From positions 107,510,001 through 107,574,000 of the forward strand of contig CM059431.1 in the NCBI GenBank assembly GCA_030390025.1: a stretch of DNA of 64,000 bases. Direction: 5' to 3'. This DNA is from Squalus acanthias (Eukaryota). Shown in pieces: positions 62,456 through 64,000 of this stretch. A program made the translations under genes and the position numbers. Each line of letters opens with the position of its first letter. Position 1 is the stretch's first letter. The notes under the pieces are model-generated. The model had not been told where the DNA came from and ran no database searches. It was given only the letters and a program-made list of their open reading frames with translations.

Positions 62456-62854
62456 CGATCAAATTTTTTGCTGGGCTTTGTACTGGTGCTGAAGCATCCA
62501 CTAATTTGCAGTTTAAACTATTTAAATTATGGCCTGATGACTTAATTTGGACACCCATGCAATTTCCCAGCATTTGTGCTGGTGTAGCACTCACCCATGG
62601 AGCCACCCACTTAAAATGGGCATCCAGAGCTAATACTTACAGAAGTGGATTTACGCTGCACTCAAGCATTTTAAGCTATTTCTCAACTTTGTGTTTTATT
62701 GTTTCATAGAGTCATAGAGTCATAGAGTTATACAGCACAGAAAGAGGCCCTTCGGCCCATCGTGTCCACGCCGGCCATCATTGTTTCCACTTAGCTAATT
62801 AGAATTCTTTGTGCTAAGTATTCTGAGACTGCCCTGGATTTTTTTGGGTACAGC

Positions 62855-63483
62855 ATAAGAACATAAGAAATAGGAGCAGGAGTCGGCCATTTGGCCCTTC
62901 GAGCCTGCTCCGCCATTCAATAAGATCATGGCTGATCTTCTACCTCATCTCCACTTTCCTGAACTATCCCATATCTCTTGATTCCCTTATTATTCAAAAA
63001 TCTATCGATCTCAGTCTTGAATATACTCAACGACTGAGCCTCCACAGCCCTCTGGGGTAGAGAATTCCAAAGATTCACCACCCTCTGAGTGAAGAAATTT
63101 CTCCTCATCTCAGTCCTAAATGGCCGACCCCTTATTCTGAGACTGTGACCCCTGGTTGTAGACTCCCCAGCCAGGGGAAACATCCTCCCTGCATATACCC
63201 AGTCAAGCCCTATAAGAATTTTGTATGCTTCAGTGAGATCACCTCTCATTCTTCTAAACTCTAGAGAATATAGGCCTAGTCTACTCAATCTCTCCTCAGA
63301 GGACAATCCCCCCATCCCAGAAACCAGTCTGGTGAACCTTCGTTGCACTCCGTCTATGGCAAGTATATCCTTCCTTAGGTAAGGAGACCAAAACTGTACA
63401 CAATACTCTAGGTGTGGTCTCACCAGGGCCCTATATAATTGCAGTAAGACATCTTTACTCTTACACTCAAATCCTCTTGTAAT
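62855..63483 (-). mobile_element. CR1 3' fragment, near-identical to 39950-40580
   Basis: ORF 62926-63423 closely matches ORF 40040-40591. Confidence 0.93.
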
Positions 63484-64000
63484 AATATCTACAATATTTG
63501 GATAATGGGTTTCTCAATGGGAATTCCTCACAGTTTTTTGGAGGAAGAAGAGGAGGAGAAATGAATTGCCAACTAAGAAATTGTCAAAAGTTTCCTGAAA
63601 ATCCAAGAATGTATTATCAACTGCATTTCCCCTGTTCATCATGTCAGTAATAGAAGAGTTTTGTTCCTCATCAAAATTAACATGGCCAAATCCTCTATAA
63701 GCTAGGGTGACATCGCTATGCCTCCAGCATATTTAACCTGAGAATAGATATCAGTCACCCATTTACATGGGTTGCTAGCAAATTACTTTTTTCCCCCTAA
63801 CATGCTGGTTGTACCATTTTCCCTTCTACTTTTACCAAGAAATTAACACAAATATAATAGGAATGGTTGAATAATTCATTAATTATGCAACAGAATCAAA
63901 AACAACATTCAATTTGCTATAGAATGACAAGAGCACTCTTTCCATGCCGTTTTCTAATGCTATGCGATGTTGAATTTTTTTTTGCAAGAATAATTTAACA

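Noticed and set aside
62855..63483. Segmental duplication of 39950-40580
   Set aside because: Similarity is confined to the CR1 sequence and the flanks differ, so these are two insertions of one young subfamily.

Overview
Repeat-dominated, apparently intergenic or intronic vertebrate DNA. The SINE and LINE families (HE1-type V-SINEs, SacSINE1-type DeuSINEs, HER1-like CR1) point to a cartilaginous fish, probably a shark. I recognise no intact host gene. Contents: (1) a decayed PIF/Harbinger transposon (1-3693) whose transposase is split by a 1.44-kb solo LTR; (2) about ten Harbinger-type MITEs with 3-bp TSDs, plus a Myb/SANT-bearing non-autonomous Harbinger; (3) many CR1 fragments, one ~4.4 kb with an esterase ORF1; (4) L2, L1 and Vingi/Ingi fragments; (5) Penelope-derived termini carrying hammerhead-ribozyme cores; (6) one Tc1/pogo-type and one hAT MITE; (7) a 3.7-kb array of a 16-bp satellite. 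Three observations stand out. The satellite unit reads as back-to-back nuclear-receptor half-sites (DR4/DR0). Several MITE families carry splice-donor hairpins, micro-exon cassettes and overlapping antiparallel mini-introns. Two independent MITEs inserted at the same site of the Penelope hammerhead core. Family names come from motif recognition, not database searches, and boundaries of degraded elements are approximate.
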